Of a stretch of 64,000 nt of DNA, positions 17,902 through 29,275 are shown one piece after another. The notes below the pieces were generated by a model. That model was not told the DNA's origin. It saw only the letters and a list, made by a program, of their open reading frames with translations, and did not search any database. Position numbers and translations under genes: made by a program. This DNA comes from an uncultured Alphaproteobacteria bacterium (GTDB lineage: Bacteria; Pseudomonadota; Alphaproteobacteria; Methylaequorales; Methylaequoraceae): assembly GCA_902595755.1 (NCBI GenBank), contig CACJRF010000001.1, forward strand, positions 1,447-65,446. Direction: 5' to 3'. Position 1 is the first letter of the stretch. Every line of letters begins with the position of its first letter.

Positions 17902-19624
17902 TTCTCTTTTTTAAAACGTCAAAATAATTTCCACGATCTTTTAAACCTTCAACATGAATAAGATACCATGAACTAAAAAAAATTATATGCCAAATTGATT
18001 TAGCCATCTTTTTATTTTTTTTAACTTTATCACATAAAAAATTTATTTCTTTTTCTGTAAAAAAAAGTAAAAGAAAATCAAGTTTAAGCAAATTTTCTTT
18101 TATGAGATCAATTTTTTTTGGAATCCATTCACTTATTGGTATAGTAAAGCCTTTTTTGGGAGAAAAAGAATCATAGTTTTTAAGATTTTTTTTTAAGAAT
18201 TTTCTTATGTAAAACTTTCCAAAACCACTTCTTATTTTTAAACTATCTTCAACAAAAAAAAACTCTCTGAACATATTTTTATCTATGAATGGTGTTCTAC
18301 CCTCTAAACTAAATGCCATTAGGCATCTATCTAATTTTACTAGTAAATCGTTAGGTAACCAGTTCTTATAATCAAATAATTGTTTTTTTTGAAGTTTGGT
18401 TATATTTTTATATTCGAAATAACGTGTTTTATTTTTAAAATCATTATTTCTTATTTGTAGTTTTTTAAAAAGGTTTCGACTTTTGAATGTTTCCTTTAAG
18501 TCTCTTCCCTTGAATAAAAATCTTTTTACCTTTTTATATCTCCCGTATCCTCCAAATAATTCATCACCCCCTTCACCTGTGAGAACAACTTTAAATTCTT
18601 CAGAAGCCTTTTCAGATAATTTTAATGTTGGAAGAATTGCATAATCTGCTACAGGTTCATCAATTTTTTCTGCAGCAAGAAAGATTGAGTCCCAAAAATC
18701 ATTTTCAGAGAAACTTAGTTCTTTTAGTTTTATATTATTGTCTATACAAATTTGTTTGAAATTATGATTCTTTTTTTCAGAAACATTCATAGTAAAAGCT
18801 GTAATATTTTTTAAATTTAGCTCGATAATACAGTAAAGTAAAAGCATTGAATCGATACCACCTGATAAAAACAAACAATAAGGCACGTCACTCCTAAGGT
18901 GATATCTAACAGTTTCAATGACTTTTTCTTTTAAAAAACTTTCACTGATTGTAATATTTCTTTTTACTTCTAGTTTTCTAAATTTACTTTCTTTAATTTT
19001 ACCATTTTTAATAATTAATGTTTCCCCAGGCCTTACTCTATTTAAACTTCTATAAATAGTTTTGTTTCCTGTACAATATTGATATTGAAGTTGCTCAACT
19101 ACCTTATTAATATTCAATGATGGTAAGTTAGGAGTTACATTTTTTAAAGAATTAAGCTCAGAGCAAAATATTAATCCTTGGTTAAAAACTGTGAAATATA
19201 AAGGTTTTATTCCAAACTCATCCCTTGAAATAATTATTTCATCTTTTTCTTCGTTATAAATTGCAAATGCATACATTCCTCTCAGTTCTTTGAAACCCTC
19301 AATACCCTTATTCTTATAAACAGCTAAAATAGATTCAGAATCGGAATTTGTTTTAAATTTATAATTAGAGTATTTCTTTCTTATTTCTAAATCGTTATAA
19401 ATTTCACCATTTGCAACGAGAACTAAATTTTTATTTTTTATTGGCTGGTAACCTTGCTTCAAATCAACTATTGATAATCTCGTATGAAGTAAATTTATTT
19501 TTTTTTTTTCATAAACTCCACTGCCGTCTGGCCCTCTATGAATCAAAGATTTTTTTAGATTTAAAAATCTTTTGGTAAGACTTTTATCTTCAGCGACTAA
19601 GGATAAACCTGCAATTCCACACAT
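17885..19624 (-). CDS. asparagine synthase (glutamine-hydrolysing)-family amidotransferase
   Basis: MCGIAG N-terminal nucleophile and SGGIDS PP-loop. Located at the head of the glycosyltransferase cluster. Confidence 0.85.
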   Translation of the reverse strand: MCGIAGLSLVAEDKSLTKRFLNLKKSLIHRGPDGSGVYEKKKINLLHTRLSIVDLKQGYQPIKNKNLVLVANGEIYNDLEIRKKYSNYKFKTNSDSESILAVYKNKGIEGFKELRGMYAFAIYNEEKDEIIISRDEFGIKPLYFTVFNQGLIFCSELNSLKNVTPNLPSLNINKVVEQLQYQYCTGNKTIYRSLNRVRPGETLIIKNGKIKESKFRKLEVKRNITISESFLKEKVIETVRYHLRSDVPYCLFLSGGIDSMLLLYCIIELNLKNITAFTMNVSEKKNHNFKQICIDNNIKLKELSFSENDFWDSIFLAAEKIDEPVADYAILPTLKLSEKASEEFKVVLTGEGGDELFGGYGRYKKVKRFLFKGRDLKETFKSRNLFKKLQIRNNDFKNKTRYFEYKNITKLQKKQLFDYKNWLPNDLLVKLDRCLMAFSLEGRTPFIDKNMFREFFFVEDSLKIRSGFGKFYIRKFLKKNLKNYDSFSPKKGFTIPISEWIPKKIDLIKENLLKLDFLLLFFTEKEINFLCDKVKKNKKMAKSIWHIIFFSSWYLIHVEGLKDRGNYFDVLKKRNEYKK

Positions 19625-20662
19625 TTATTTTATAATTTTTCTGAAAAATGAAATATATTTTTTTACAATTATTTCTTGTGTAAATTTTTTACTATACTCT
19701 TCAAATGCATTTTTTATGATCTTATCTTTTAATTTTTTATTTTTTTGAATTTCTTCAACCTTTTCAACTAGATTAAAAATATCTTCTTTTTCAAATTTTA
19801 GTCCATTTATTTTTTCTTTAATTAAATTACTTGGACCACTTACATTAGCTGCAATAACGGGTATTTTATGTGCCCAACCATCTATTATAATATTACCAAA
19901 AGGTTCATGCCGAGAGGGACAAACTAAAATTGAGGCCGAGTTTAAAAAGGAGGAAATATCATCCGTCCAACCAAAAATTTTTACTCTTTCTTTTAAATTG
20001 TATTTTTCAATAAGCTCTTCATATAAATCCTTTAATAAACCCTGTCCTACAATAATTAAATTGTAGCTAGGTAAAAAAGATAACGATTTTATTAGAACAT
20101 CAAAACCTTTATTTTCATGAAACCTACCCATTGCGATTAAAGTTTTTTTCTTATCAAATTTTAGATCTAACTTAGTTTTTTTATTTGGATTAACAAAGTT
20201 AGGTATAAATGTGACCTTATTAGAATCCCACCCTGAATCAATAATATAATTTTTAATATCTTCTGTATTTGCAATCAAATAATCACATTTAGAATAGTTT
20301 TTCATTTTATAGTAACCGCCAAGTCTTCCAACAACTACTTCGGGGCCAAACTTTTCATTGGGTAAAATCCTTGAGGCTCTATTCATCCATGTAAGTATTA
20401 TGTCAGGCACAAATTCTTTAATACTAGTTTCAATTATGGACTGGCAAAAAGGATTAAAATTATTGAATAATTTAATAGATTTTACATTCTTTAATTTAGT
20501 ATTTAAATAATCAAATCTTTTTTGATGATGTCTAATTATTACTTTCTGCTCTAAATCTTCTTTTTCTATTGCGATTGTGAGTCTTTCAAAAAAATTCTCT
20601 GCACCTCCGCTATTAGCTCCAGACATAATATTAAGAATCTTTAATTTAGAATTTTTTTCCAT
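19625..20662 (-). CDS. GT-B glycosyltransferase (family 4-like)
   Basis: C-terminal EPFGNIIIDGWAHKIPVIA (E-x7-E-like GT1/GT4 motif). Confidence 0.78.
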   Translation of the reverse strand: MEKNSKLKILNIMSGANSGGAENFFERLTIAIEKEDLEQKVIIRHHQKRFDYLNTKLKNVKSIKLFNNFNPFCQSIIETSIKEFVPDIILTWMNRASRILPNEKFGPEVVVGRLGGYYKMKNYSKCDYLIANTEDIKNYIIDSGWDSNKVTFIPNFVNPNKKTKLDLKFDKKKTLIAMGRFHENKGFDVLIKSLSFLPSYNLIIVGQGLLKDLYEELIEKYNLKERVKIFGWTDDISSFLNSASILVCPSRHEPFGNIIIDGWAHKIPVIAANVSGPSNLIKEKINGLKFEKEDIFNLVEKVEEIQKNKKLKDKIIKNAFEEYSKKFTQEIIVKKYISFFRKIIK

Positions 20663-21678
20663 TTATTCGCCACTTCATTCCATGTTAAATAATTTTGTTT
20701 TTTGAGAGCATTTTTATGCATATTTTTCCATAAAATATCATCATTAAGTAATTTTATAGTTTTGTCACAAAAAATTTTATCGTTTTCACAAACATAACCT
20801 GTTTTATTATTTATAATTCTTTCATTCATACAACCATAATTCATTACAACTGATGGCAGTCCAACCATTTGAGCCTCAGCTAAAGCCATACAATATGTTT
20901 CATCTAATGTACCTTTATAAAGGAATAGCCTAGACTTCTTAAGCTCTTTTAAAAGTTTTTGTCTTGGTAAAGGTTCTTTTACTACTACATTTAAATTCTC
21001 AAGAGACTTTGCTCTTTTTAGAATATTAGATATTTGGCGAGAATGTTTTTTTCCAAATTTACCATATGTCTCAAAGCCAGAAAAGATTTCTAATATTGCT
21101 CCATTTGATTTTTTATAAATATTTTTTTCCCACATATCTAATAGCCAAGATAGGCCCCTCATAGGATTTGAAGTAAAAATTACTTTTCTCTTGGGAGGAG
21201 ATCTTGTTGTTTTGTAATTAAATAAGTTGTCTTCAATTCCATAAGGTATTATGACTCTTTCGAGTGCAGGAGCCCAGAAAGGATATGTACTAGCATGATA
21301 TTTTCCTGAAAAAACTATTTTAAAATTATTAAAAAAAATTTTTGATAAATATCTATATTTTATCAAATACTTTGCCGGATTATGAATCCAGAAAATTCTG
21401 TTTTTGCATTCTTTTTTTATATTCAAAAATTTATCACCTCTGTTGACAATTAAAGTATCACATGTTTCATCATTTATAGAGTTATTAAGCTTTTTCCATT
21501 CAACTCCATTCATTAGTCCCTCATATTCGCAATTATTATAAACAACAACTTTAAATCCATTTTTTGATAAACGTTCGACAAGTGATACAAAAGCAATCTC
21601 GGCACCACCATAAGGTTTATCTCTTACAGAATATGAGTCAAAGGATATCCCATCATCAACAAATAACAACTTAGTCAC
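20641..21678 (-). CDS. GT-B glycosyltransferase (family 1/4-like)
   Basis: ETYCMALAEAQMVGLPSVV motif. 22-nt overlap with the downstream GT gene. Confidence 0.7.
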   Translation of the reverse strand: MTKLLFVDDGISFDSYSVRDKPYGGAEIAFVSLVERLSKNGFKVVVYNNCEYEGLMNGVEWKKLNNSINDETCDTLIVNRGDKFLNIKKECKNRIFWIHNPAKYLIKYRYLSKIFFNNFKIVFSGKYHASTYPFWAPALERVIIPYGIEDNLFNYKTTRSPPKRKVIFTSNPMRGLSWLLDMWEKNIYKKSNGAILEIFSGFETYGKFGKKHSRQISNILKRAKSLENLNVVVKEPLPRQKLLKELKKSRLFLYKGTLDETYCMALAEAQMVGLPSVVMNYGCMNERIINNKTGYVCENDKIFCDKTIKLLNDDILWKNMHKNALKKQNYLTWNEVANKWKKILN

Positions 21679-22426
21679 TTTTATTTTCCTTATATTTTAG
21701 GTAGGATAAGAGTGGATATAATCCTGCAACAATTCCTATAATTAAACCCATTTTACCCTCTTTAAATCCTTTTCTAAGAATAAAGCATTTCCAAAATCTA
21801 GAAAAAATCCTTCTAATATTTGTAAATATATTTTCATTTTTATTTTCCTTTTCCAAATCTAGTGCTCTTGCAGAAGAATAACTATCAAGTTTTTTGATTA
21901 AATCTTTAATACTATCACAATAGTAATGAGTTAAATGATTCTTTAAATTATCACCTTTATTCCCTATTAGAGTTATTTTAGGATGAACTCTTTGAAAACC
22001 CCAGTTTTTACAATTTTTTCTGAATAAACCCGCATAAGATGATTTTCCAAAATATGCACCCCAACCATATTTAACTAATTTTCTGTTAATATAATTATCA
22101 ACATTGATTTGATGCCAATCATATTTGCTATTTTTTATTGTATACAATATCTCCTTACCCAAATTTAAGTCTACTCTTTCGTCGGCATCTATCTCTAAAA
22201 TCCATTCATTTTTACATTTCTCAATGCCATAATTTCTTCTATCTCCCTCAATTTCCCAACTTCCTGAAAAATATTTATTGGTAAACTTTTTTACAATCTT
22301 TAATGTATTGTCTGTACACTTATCTAGAATAACTACTATTTCATCAGAAAAATATAATTTCTCAAGACATTCTGAAATTTGTTTTTCTTCATTATGGACT
22401 ACTAACAAAACTGATATTTTTTTCAT
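21671..22426 (-). CDS. family 2 glycosyltransferase
   Basis: ISVLLVVHNEEKQI...EIDADE (DXD) pattern, C-terminal hydrophobic helix. Confidence 0.78.
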   Translation of the reverse strand: MKKISVLLVVHNEEKQISECLEKLYFSDEIVVILDKCTDNTLKIVKKFTNKYFSGSWEIEGDRRNYGIEKCKNEWILEIDADERVDLNLGKEILYTIKNSKYDWHQINVDNYINRKLVKYGWGAYFGKSSYAGLFRKNCKNWGFQRVHPKITLIGNKGDNLKNHLTHYYCDSIKDLIKKLDSYSSARALDLEKENKNENIFTNIRRIFSRFWKCFILRKGFKEGKMGLIIGIVAGLYPLLSYLKYKENKSD

Positions 22427-23352
22427 TTTTTGTAAAATTTATCTATTTTTTTTAATACATCATCTACTTTTAGGTCTCTCATTAAACAATCTTCCTGTCT
22501 AAAATCAAAGTTTTTATGGCCCATTAATTCCTCTGGACTCTTTTTGCCAGAAATATAAAGTGTTTTTCTACCCCAAGGACGATATTTTTCCACACTACTT
22601 GGTCCAAACAAACCAATAGTTCTAACTCCAGCTAGGGCTGCCAAATGCATAAGACCAGAATCATTTCCAATAAAAAGTTTACACTCTTTTAAAAATAAAA
22701 GAATTTCAACTAAAGAAAACTTTCCAAACATATTAAATATTTTTTTATTCTTGATTGATAAAATTTTATTTATTTTATACTCCTCTTCTTTAGGTCCGAT
22801 AAGAACAAAAATATGGTTTTTAAATTTGCTGAGTGTAGAAATTTTTTTTATCAATCTTAAGAAGTTTTCTTCAGGCCAAATTTTTGGATTCCAGTTAGCT
22901 GTTGGACAAATACAAATCACCTTTTTTCCTTTAAATTTATTTTTAAAACTAAAATTTAATATATTAATTTTAGGTTCTACTAATTTACCTGTTACACTGG
23001 TTGTGATTTCTTCTACTTTATGCAGAGATTTAAATTTATTTTTTCTGAATATATTCCTTTTTTTTGTGAATAAAAGAAAACTTATTACTGATCCCCTAAG
23101 ATCAATAACTTCTTCCCAACTTTTAAAAAAAACTTTTATAAATAAAATTAACCAATGAAATGAAAATTTTTTTTTTTTAAGAGGAATTATAATGTCAATA
23201 TCTTTACAATATTTAAAAAGGTCGTGAGGAGCCTCACCACAAACAAAGGTAACCTGGGTATCTTTATACTTATTTTTAAAATAATAATTTAAACCTGAAG
23301 ATAAAATTGCATCACCTAGTCTATTGGAAGAAATTATTAATACTCGTTTCAT
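22423..23352 (-). CDS. family 9 glycosyltransferase (heptosyltransferase-like)
   Basis: N-terminal RVLIISSNRLGDAIL and C-terminal GNDSGLMHLAAALG-like motif (GNDSGLMHLAALAG). Confidence 0.8.
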   Translation of the reverse strand: MKRVLIISSNRLGDAILSSGLNYYFKNKYKDTQVTFVCGEAPHDLFKYCKDIDIIIPLKKKKFSFHWLILFIKVFFKSWEEVIDLRGSVISFLLFTKKRNIFRKNKFKSLHKVEEITTSVTGKLVEPKINILNFSFKNKFKGKKVICICPTANWNPKIWPEENFLRLIKKISTLSKFKNHIFVLIGPKEEEYKINKILSIKNKKIFNMFGKFSLVEILLFLKECKLFIGNDSGLMHLAALAGVRTIGLFGPSSVEKYRPWGRKTLYISGKKSPEELMGHKNFDFRQEDCLMRDLKVDDVLKKIDKFYKK

Positions 23353-23390
23353 ATCTGTGTTATTATATATTTTAAATAAAAAAATTTAAT

Positions 23391-24260
23391 ATGTTCCAAG
23401 ATAATAGTTTTTTTGAAGAGAAATATAGCTCAATCATAAAAGTAAAAGGACCCGATAAGTTCAGTTTCCTTCAGGGAATCATATCAAATGATACTGAAAT
23501 TCTCAAAACTAAATTAAGTTTATACGCTGCTATACTTACACCCAAAGGAAAATTTTTATCTGATTTTATTCTAAGCATATATGAAGATAATATTCTAATA
23601 GAAATTAAAAGTAAAAATCTAGACCTAATTATGAAAAAATTATCAATGTTTAAATTAAGATCTAGTGTAACTTTTGAGGTTCTAAATGACTTTAAAATAT
23701 ATTTATTGAATGAAAATAGCCTTAAAATTTTTCAAAAAGTAAAGTTTAAAAAGACATTTAGCGACCCTAGATTTAATAACTTATTTCATAGGGTATATAT
23801 TTTTGGAAAGCAAAAAGTGACTAGTTTAGAAAATGGTGATTTTTATTTATTAAAACAGGATGAATATAAATCTATTCGTCTTCTTCATGGGGTGCCAGAT
23901 TTTAGTTTAGATGCTATTTCAAATAAATCACTTTTAATGGAAATGAGGTTTAATTACCTTAACGGTATTTCATGGGATAAAGGCTGTTATCTGGGGCAGG
24001 AAATAACTGCAAGAATGTATTATAGAAAAATTACAAAAAAATTGTTAACTCAAGTGAAAATTAAATTCAAGACTTTTATGAACCAAAAAGTTTTATTAGA
24101 TGGAAGTGAAGTTGGATTTTTAACTAGTTACGATAAAAGGAATGGATTGGCTTATATCTCCAAAAATATTTTAGAGAATTATAAAAATGAAAATTTTAAA
24201 TCAGGTGATTCAGTATTGTCAATATCTGATCCGTGGTGGTCAAGTAATTCTAATTCCTAG
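23391..24260 (+). CDS. ygfZ: YgfZ/CAF17 folate-binding Fe-S cluster repair protein
   Basis: Signature KGCYLGQE present. GcvT-like fold length. Confidence 0.8.
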   Translation: MFQDNSFFEEKYSSIIKVKGPDKFSFLQGIISNDTEILKTKLSLYAAILTPKGKFLSDFILSIYEDNILIEIKSKNLDLIMKKLSMFKLRSSVTFEVLNDFKIYLLNENSLKIFQKVKFKKTFSDPRFNNLFHRVYIFGKQKVTSLENGDFYLLKQDEYKSIRLLHGVPDFSLDAISNKSLLMEMRFNYLNGISWDKGCYLGQEITARMYYRKITKKLLTQVKIKFKTFMNQKVLLDGSEVGFLTSYDKRNGLAYISKNILENYKNENFKSGDSVLSISDPWWSSNSNS

Positions 24261-25149
24261 CTAAATAATTTCTTAACTCATTGAGAGTTTTAAAGGGATT
24301 TGATGAGTAATTCATTAAATCTTTAATCTGCTCTTTACCTTTTTGACCAAATTCGTCGATAATACTCCTCTCAATCCAACTAATATCTTGAGACTTCCTC
24401 TGATTAAAAATTTTTTTTTTTTCCTTAAGTATTCCCCATCTTTTTGAAATCACATCGAAAAGACCCTTAAAGCCAGAACTTTTGTGAGATGAGATTTTTA
24501 AAATTTCAATACCATCATCGTCATATTCAAATAGATTTTCACTACCTTTTAAATCTGAGTAGGTTAGATTTGACAAATCTTTTAAATCGCTCTTGGTAAC
24601 GAGTATTATATTAGGAATTTCAAAAATACCTGATTTCATGAACTGAATGTTATCACCACTACCTGGTTGAATACATAAAACCACTGTATCTGTAATATCT
24701 TTTATAAAAATCTCAGATTGACCTACACCGACTGTCTCAATAATAATATAGTCAAATATTGATCTCATGGTAATCATTGTTGGATATGTCAACTCAGAGA
24801 TCCCACCAAGATAATTTTTTGATGCCATAGATCTTACAAATACATTGTTGTCAGTTGGATCAAGTAGAAATCTGGTGCGATCTCCTAGTATTGCACCTCC
24901 AGTCTCTCTTGAGGATGGATCAACTGCTATAACACCTACTGACTTATTGTTTTTCCTTATAAATTGAATTAATTTATCTATAAGTGAAGACTTTCCAACC
25001 CCAGGCGATCCAGTAATACCAATAACATGGGCTCTTGGATTTGAATGCATCAAGTCAAGTTTATTAATCACTTTTTCTGAATTTCTATTTGTTTCGATTT
25101 GTTCCAAAAAATTTGATAGCTCAATTTTTTTTTTTAATGTTATTTTCAT
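24250..25149 (-). CDS. meaB: MeaB/ArgK-type G3E GTPase
   Basis: P-loop GSPGVGKSS, ETVGVGQSE and TKSD motifs. Confidence 0.85.
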   Translation of the reverse strand: MKITLKKKIELSNFLEQIETNRNSEKVINKLDLMHSNPRAHVIGITGSPGVGKSSLIDKLIQFIRKNNKSVGVIAVDPSSRETGGAILGDRTRFLLDPTDNNVFVRSMASKNYLGGISELTYPTMITMRSIFDYIIIETVGVGQSEIFIKDITDTVVLCIQPGSGDNIQFMKSGIFEIPNIILVTKSDLKDLSNLTYSDLKGSENLFEYDDDGIEILKISSHKSSGFKGLFDVISKRWGILKEKKKIFNQRKSQDISWIERSIIDEFGQKGKEQIKDLMNYSSNPFKTLNELRNYLARN

Positions 25150-27164
25150 CTTATAAGTGATTCAAATTTAAAAATATTATTAACTTTTTCAAATAAATAA
25201 TTAACTAAAGCTTTTCTGTTTTCTTTTAATTTTTCGTCACTACTATTTACTTTAACTTTGTCAAAGAATTGATTTAAGGAGTTAGTAAATAATATTATGA
25301 ATTTTTTATCCTCCAAAAAATCAATCCCTTGCTCAAACTTAATAAGATACTGCGAGCATTCATACAAACGTATCTCTTCTTTAGATTGGAAAATATTCAC
25401 GTTAATACTATTTTGCACTTTGGAATTTTCATTTATAGAAATTAATCTTTTTATTGCCCTTTGAAAGTTTTTACCGTTTTCACTAGATATAAACTTTTTT
25501 AAAACTTTAAGGTCTTTATATAATTGTAGAGGATTAAATTTATTTTTAATCAGGACGGTTTGAACTTCCTCACCTTTAAAGCCCATATCATTAAATATAA
25601 TCAAAAGCCTTTTTCTAAAGTAGTCAATAATATCTTCTACATCTACTTCTGATGTAATACCTTGTTCTTCAAACTGTTTATTAGAAAATTCAAGAATTTT
25701 AATCAAATCTAAATTTAAATTATTCTCTATACATATTTTTATGATAGACAAAGCTGACCTTCGAATAGCAAAAGGATCACCTGCGCCTGACAGTTTTTTA
25801 TAAGAAATGAAAAAACCAAGAATACCATCAACTTTTTGGGAAATAGACATCAATAATGATAAATAATTATCACTTTTGGGAAAGTCTAGATTATATTGAT
25901 TAGATATAGCATCACACACTTCATTCGGGAAATTTTCTAGCGAAGCATAATATCCACCAACTTTTCCTTGCAAACTTGGAAATTCTTTTACTAACTCGCA
26001 TGTTAGATCGACATTAGAAAGAATCAAATATTTATAAAACTTTTTAAGATCTAAATTTACCTTACCTGAAATAAAAACAATTAATTTTTGTATTCTTTCA
26101 GCTCTTTGATATAGATTTCCTGCATTTCTAAAAAAAATAATTTCTTTTAAGTTGCCTATACGGTCTTCTAGTTTTTTTTTTCTATCCTCTTTGATAAAAA
26201 ATTCTGCATCACTAAATCTTGCTTTAAGTACATTCTCATTGCCTTTGATAATTTTTTTTTTCTTCGATATATCTTTACCCGAAATAAAGGCAAAAGAATT
26301 CATTAGTGATTTGTTTTTAACAAAACAAAAGTAATCCTGTTTTTCAAACATTACACTCTTTAGAAGGAATTCAGGTAAATCAAAATATTTCTCAGAGAAA
26401 GTTCCAAATAAAACATTTGGATACTCGATAGAATCTACAACTCTGCCAAATAAATCTTTATTTTCAACTAATTTTGACCTTTTTAAATTACAAAAACCTT
26501 CTAGTTTTTTGTTTATCATATTTTGACGTTTTTTTCTTGAGAGTATGACATTATTCTTCTCAAGATCTTTTTCATAATTATTAGTTTTATTTAATATAAT
26601 TTTATTTTCACCATACTTGTAATTCCCATAGGTAAAATTACTAGAAGTTACTCCTCCATAATTAAAAACAATCTTTTTATTATGAAAAACACACAATATG
26701 CTTTTAATTGGTCTTATCCATTTTTCATCAAAACTATTCCACCTCATAGACTTCTTCCACCTTACCTTACTTAAAATTATTGGTAGATTTTGTTGAAGTA
26801 ATATATTTACCCTTAACTTTGCTGATTTTTTTTTTAGAAAAAAATATTCTTTATTTTTTACCTTTTTTTTAACAAGGTCTTTAAATGTTGCATTATTTTT
26901 ATTAAGAAAACCCATTAAAGCATTTTCATGTGCGTCAATTCCCGGGCCTCTAATCTCAATAACACTTTGTGGAATTTCTTTTTCAATTTTATTAATTGAG
27001 ATAGATATTCTCCTTGAGGATGAATTTATTTCAATTTGTGAATATTGAACTTTTTTTAAAATTAAAAATTCCTCAATTAAATCTTTAAGATCCTTTTCTG
27101 CAAATCTTTGTGCCCAAGACGGAATTTCTTCACCATATATTTCTAATATAAATTCATTCATCAT
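25146..27164 (-). CDS. glyS: glycine--tRNA ligase beta subunit
   Basis: 672 aa, N-terminal [14 protein letters not shown]-type motif. Overlaps glyQ by 11 nt. Confidence 0.9.
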   Translation of the reverse strand: MMNEFILEIYGEEIPSWAQRFAEKDLKDLIEEFLILKKVQYSQIEINSSSRRISISINKIEKEIPQSVIEIRGPGIDAHENALMGFLNKNNATFKDLVKKKVKNKEYFFLKKKSAKLRVNILLQQNLPIILSKVRWKKSMRWNSFDEKWIRPIKSILCVFHNKKIVFNYGGVTSSNFTYGNYKYGENKIILNKTNNYEKDLEKNNVILSRKKRQNMINKKLEGFCNLKRSKLVENKDLFGRVVDSIEYPNVLFGTFSEKYFDLPEFLLKSVMFEKQDYFCFVKNKSLMNSFAFISGKDISKKKKIIKGNENVLKARFSDAEFFIKEDRKKKLEDRIGNLKEIIFFRNAGNLYQRAERIQKLIVFISGKVNLDLKKFYKYLILSNVDLTCELVKEFPSLQGKVGGYYASLENFPNEVCDAISNQYNLDFPKSDNYLSLLMSISQKVDGILGFFISYKKLSGAGDPFAIRRSALSIIKICIENNLNLDLIKILEFSNKQFEEQGITSEVDVEDIIDYFRKRLLIIFNDMGFKGEEVQTVLIKNKFNPLQLYKDLKVLKKFISSENGKNFQRAIKRLISINENSKVQNSINVNIFQSKEEIRLYECSQYLIKFEQGIDFLEDKKFIILFTNSLNQFFDKVKVNSSDEKLKENRKALVNYLFEKVNNIFKFESLIR

Positions 27165-27996
27165 TTAATAAACTACAACAGTTATATACCATTGTTCTAA
27201 TTCTTAAGATAAATGCTTGCCTTTCTTTTGCAGATATAAGGCCTCTAGAATCCAAAAGGTTAAAGCAGTGACTTGCTTTTACACACTGTTCATATGCTGG
27301 TATTACTAATTTCTTATCAATTAGACTTTTGGTAGTTTTTTCATAATCATTAAATGAACTAAATAAATAATCGGAGGAAGCATGATTAAAATTATAATCT
27401 GATTGCTCTTTTTCATTACGAAGAAAAATATCTCCGTAAGTAGTACCATTTTTATCCCATTTTATATCATAAATATTATCGATATTTTGAACATACGTTG
27501 CAAGTCGTTCTAATCCATATGTAATTTCTAAACTAACAGGTTTACATTCAATCCCTCCGACCTGCTGAAAATAAGTAAACTGACTAATCTCCATTCCGTT
27601 ACACTGTACTTCCCAACCCAAACCTGCAGCACCCAAAGTTGGACTTTCCCAGTCATCTTCGATAAATTTTATATCATTTTCGTCAGGATCAATTTTAATT
27701 TCTTTAAGACTTTTTAAATATAATTCCTGTGAGTTTGTTGGGCTTGGCTTCATAATTACTTGTAGTTGATAGTAATGCTGAAGTCGATTAGGGTTTTCAC
27801 CATATCTTCCATCCGCTGGCCTTCTACATGGTTGGGTAAAAACTGCGTTCCATGGGTCTTTACCTAGAGCTTTTAGCGCAGTGAATGGATTAAATGTTGC
27901 TGCACCCATTTCCATATCATAAGGCTGCATCACTAAACATCCTTTTTTACTCCAATAGTTTTGCAAATTAGAAATTATTTCTTGAAAAGTAAGCAT
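27154..27996 (-). CDS. glyQ: glycine--tRNA ligase alpha subunit
   Basis: Highly conserved sequence ([36 protein letters not shown]). Confidence 0.95.
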   Translation of the reverse strand: MLTFQEIISNLQNYWSKKGCLVMQPYDMEMGAATFNPFTALKALGKDPWNAVFTQPCRRPADGRYGENPNRLQHYYQLQVIMKPSPTNSQELYLKSLKEIKIDPDENDIKFIEDDWESPTLGAAGLGWEVQCNGMEISQFTYFQQVGGIECKPVSLEITYGLERLATYVQNIDNIYDIKWDKNGTTYGDIFLRNEKEQSDYNFNHASSDYLFSSFNDYEKTTKSLIDKKLVIPAYEQCVKASHCFNLLDSRGLISAKERQAFILRIRTMVYNCCSLLNDE

Positions 27997-28087
27997 TATT
28001 AATTTTAAAATACTATATTATCATTTATACATGTTAAATAATAATTACTAAAATAAATTTCATATACATTTAATTACAAATCCATCA

Positions 28088-29095
28088 ATGAATATAGTTA
28101 AACTAAAAAATCAAGATGAAAACGAATTTAAAAATTTTCTTAGCTGGCTCGAAGAAGATCTGAATAGTGTTAACAAATTTATTCTAGAAAATTTAGCTGG
28201 AAGTATTTCACTAGTTACAAAATTATCAAACTATATTGTAAATTCAGGTGGTAAAAGAATTAGACCACTGTTAACAATCGCATGTGCTAAATTATGTGGT
28301 TACTCTGGTACAAGGCATATACTACACGCATCTGTTATTGAATTTATTCATACTGCTACTCTTTTGCATGATGATGTGGTTGATAACAGTAAAAAAAGAA
28401 GAGGAAGGAAAACAGCGAATTATGTTTGGGATAATAAATCTAGTATTCTAGTTGGAGATTATCTTTTGAGTAAGGCTTTCAGACTACTAACCAACGATGG
28501 ATCGATGAAGTGTATTAAGATCATTTCAGATGTCTCAGTTAATATATCGCATGGTGAAGTAAAACAATTAATTTACATTAATAATCTAAAAACTACAGAG
28601 AGTCAGTATTTGGATATTATTTCTGATAAAACAGCACAGTTATTTTCAGCAGCATGTAAAATAAGTGCAGAGATATGTGAAATTGATGAAGAAAAAAAAG
28701 AATTTTTATCAGATTTTGGGAAATTTATTGGCATTGCATACCAAATAGTTGATGACACACTGGATTATTTTTGTAAATCTGATGAGTCAGGAAAAGAACC
28801 AGGAAATGACTTAAAAGAAAAAAAAATGACATTACCTCTCATCCTTTGCTACCAGAGAGGAAATACAAAGGAAAAAAGAATAATTGAGTCTATCTTGTCA
28901 AAAGATAATATTATTGATGACGATTTTGAAAAAATTGTGGGTATTATGGAAAAGTATAATATAAAATTTGATTGTTTAGCTAAAGCTAAACATTTCTCCA
29001 TAATGGCTAAAGATAGTCTTGGTATTTTTAAGGAATCTGCTACTAAGGAAAAAATTATAAGGTTAGTTGACTTTCTAATAAACAGACAGAACTAA
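28088..29095 (+). CDS. ispB: polyprenyl (octaprenyl) diphosphate synthase
   Basis: First and second Asp-rich motifs LLHDDVVD and DDTLD. Confidence 0.88.
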   Translation: MNIVKLKNQDENEFKNFLSWLEEDLNSVNKFILENLAGSISLVTKLSNYIVNSGGKRIRPLLTIACAKLCGYSGTRHILHASVIEFIHTATLLHDDVVDNSKKRRGRKTANYVWDNKSSILVGDYLLSKAFRLLTNDGSMKCIKIISDVSVNISHGEVKQLIYINNLKTTESQYLDIISDKTAQLFSAACKISAEICEIDEEKKEFLSDFGKFIGIAYQIVDDTLDYFCKSDESGKEPGNDLKEKKMTLPLILCYQRGNTKEKRIIESILSKDNIIDDDFEKIVGIMEKYNIKFDCLAKAKHFSIMAKDSLGIFKESATKEKIIRLVDFLINRQN

Positions 29096-29125
29096 ATTGG
29101 AACAATTTTTGCTAATTACCTAATA

Positions 29126-29245
29126 ATGACAAATTTTAAACATCCCTCTTCCTTAAAGTATGCAAAAATAAAATTTTTAGAGTTTTTTTCTAAAAATTAT
29201 CTAGTATTACTAATTATTTGCATAGCTTTCACAATTTTTATTTAA
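29126..29245 (+). CDS. 39-aa putative membrane peptide (not in ORF track)
   Basis: Hand translation MTNFKHPSSLKYAKIKFLEFFSKNYLVLLIICIAFTIFI. One C-terminal hydrophobic helix, no clear SD. Confidence 0.2.
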   Translation: MTNFKHPSSLKYAKIKFLEFFSKNYLVLLIICIAFTIFI

Positions 29246-29275
29246 ATTAACGCATTTATTTATTAACTTAATATT

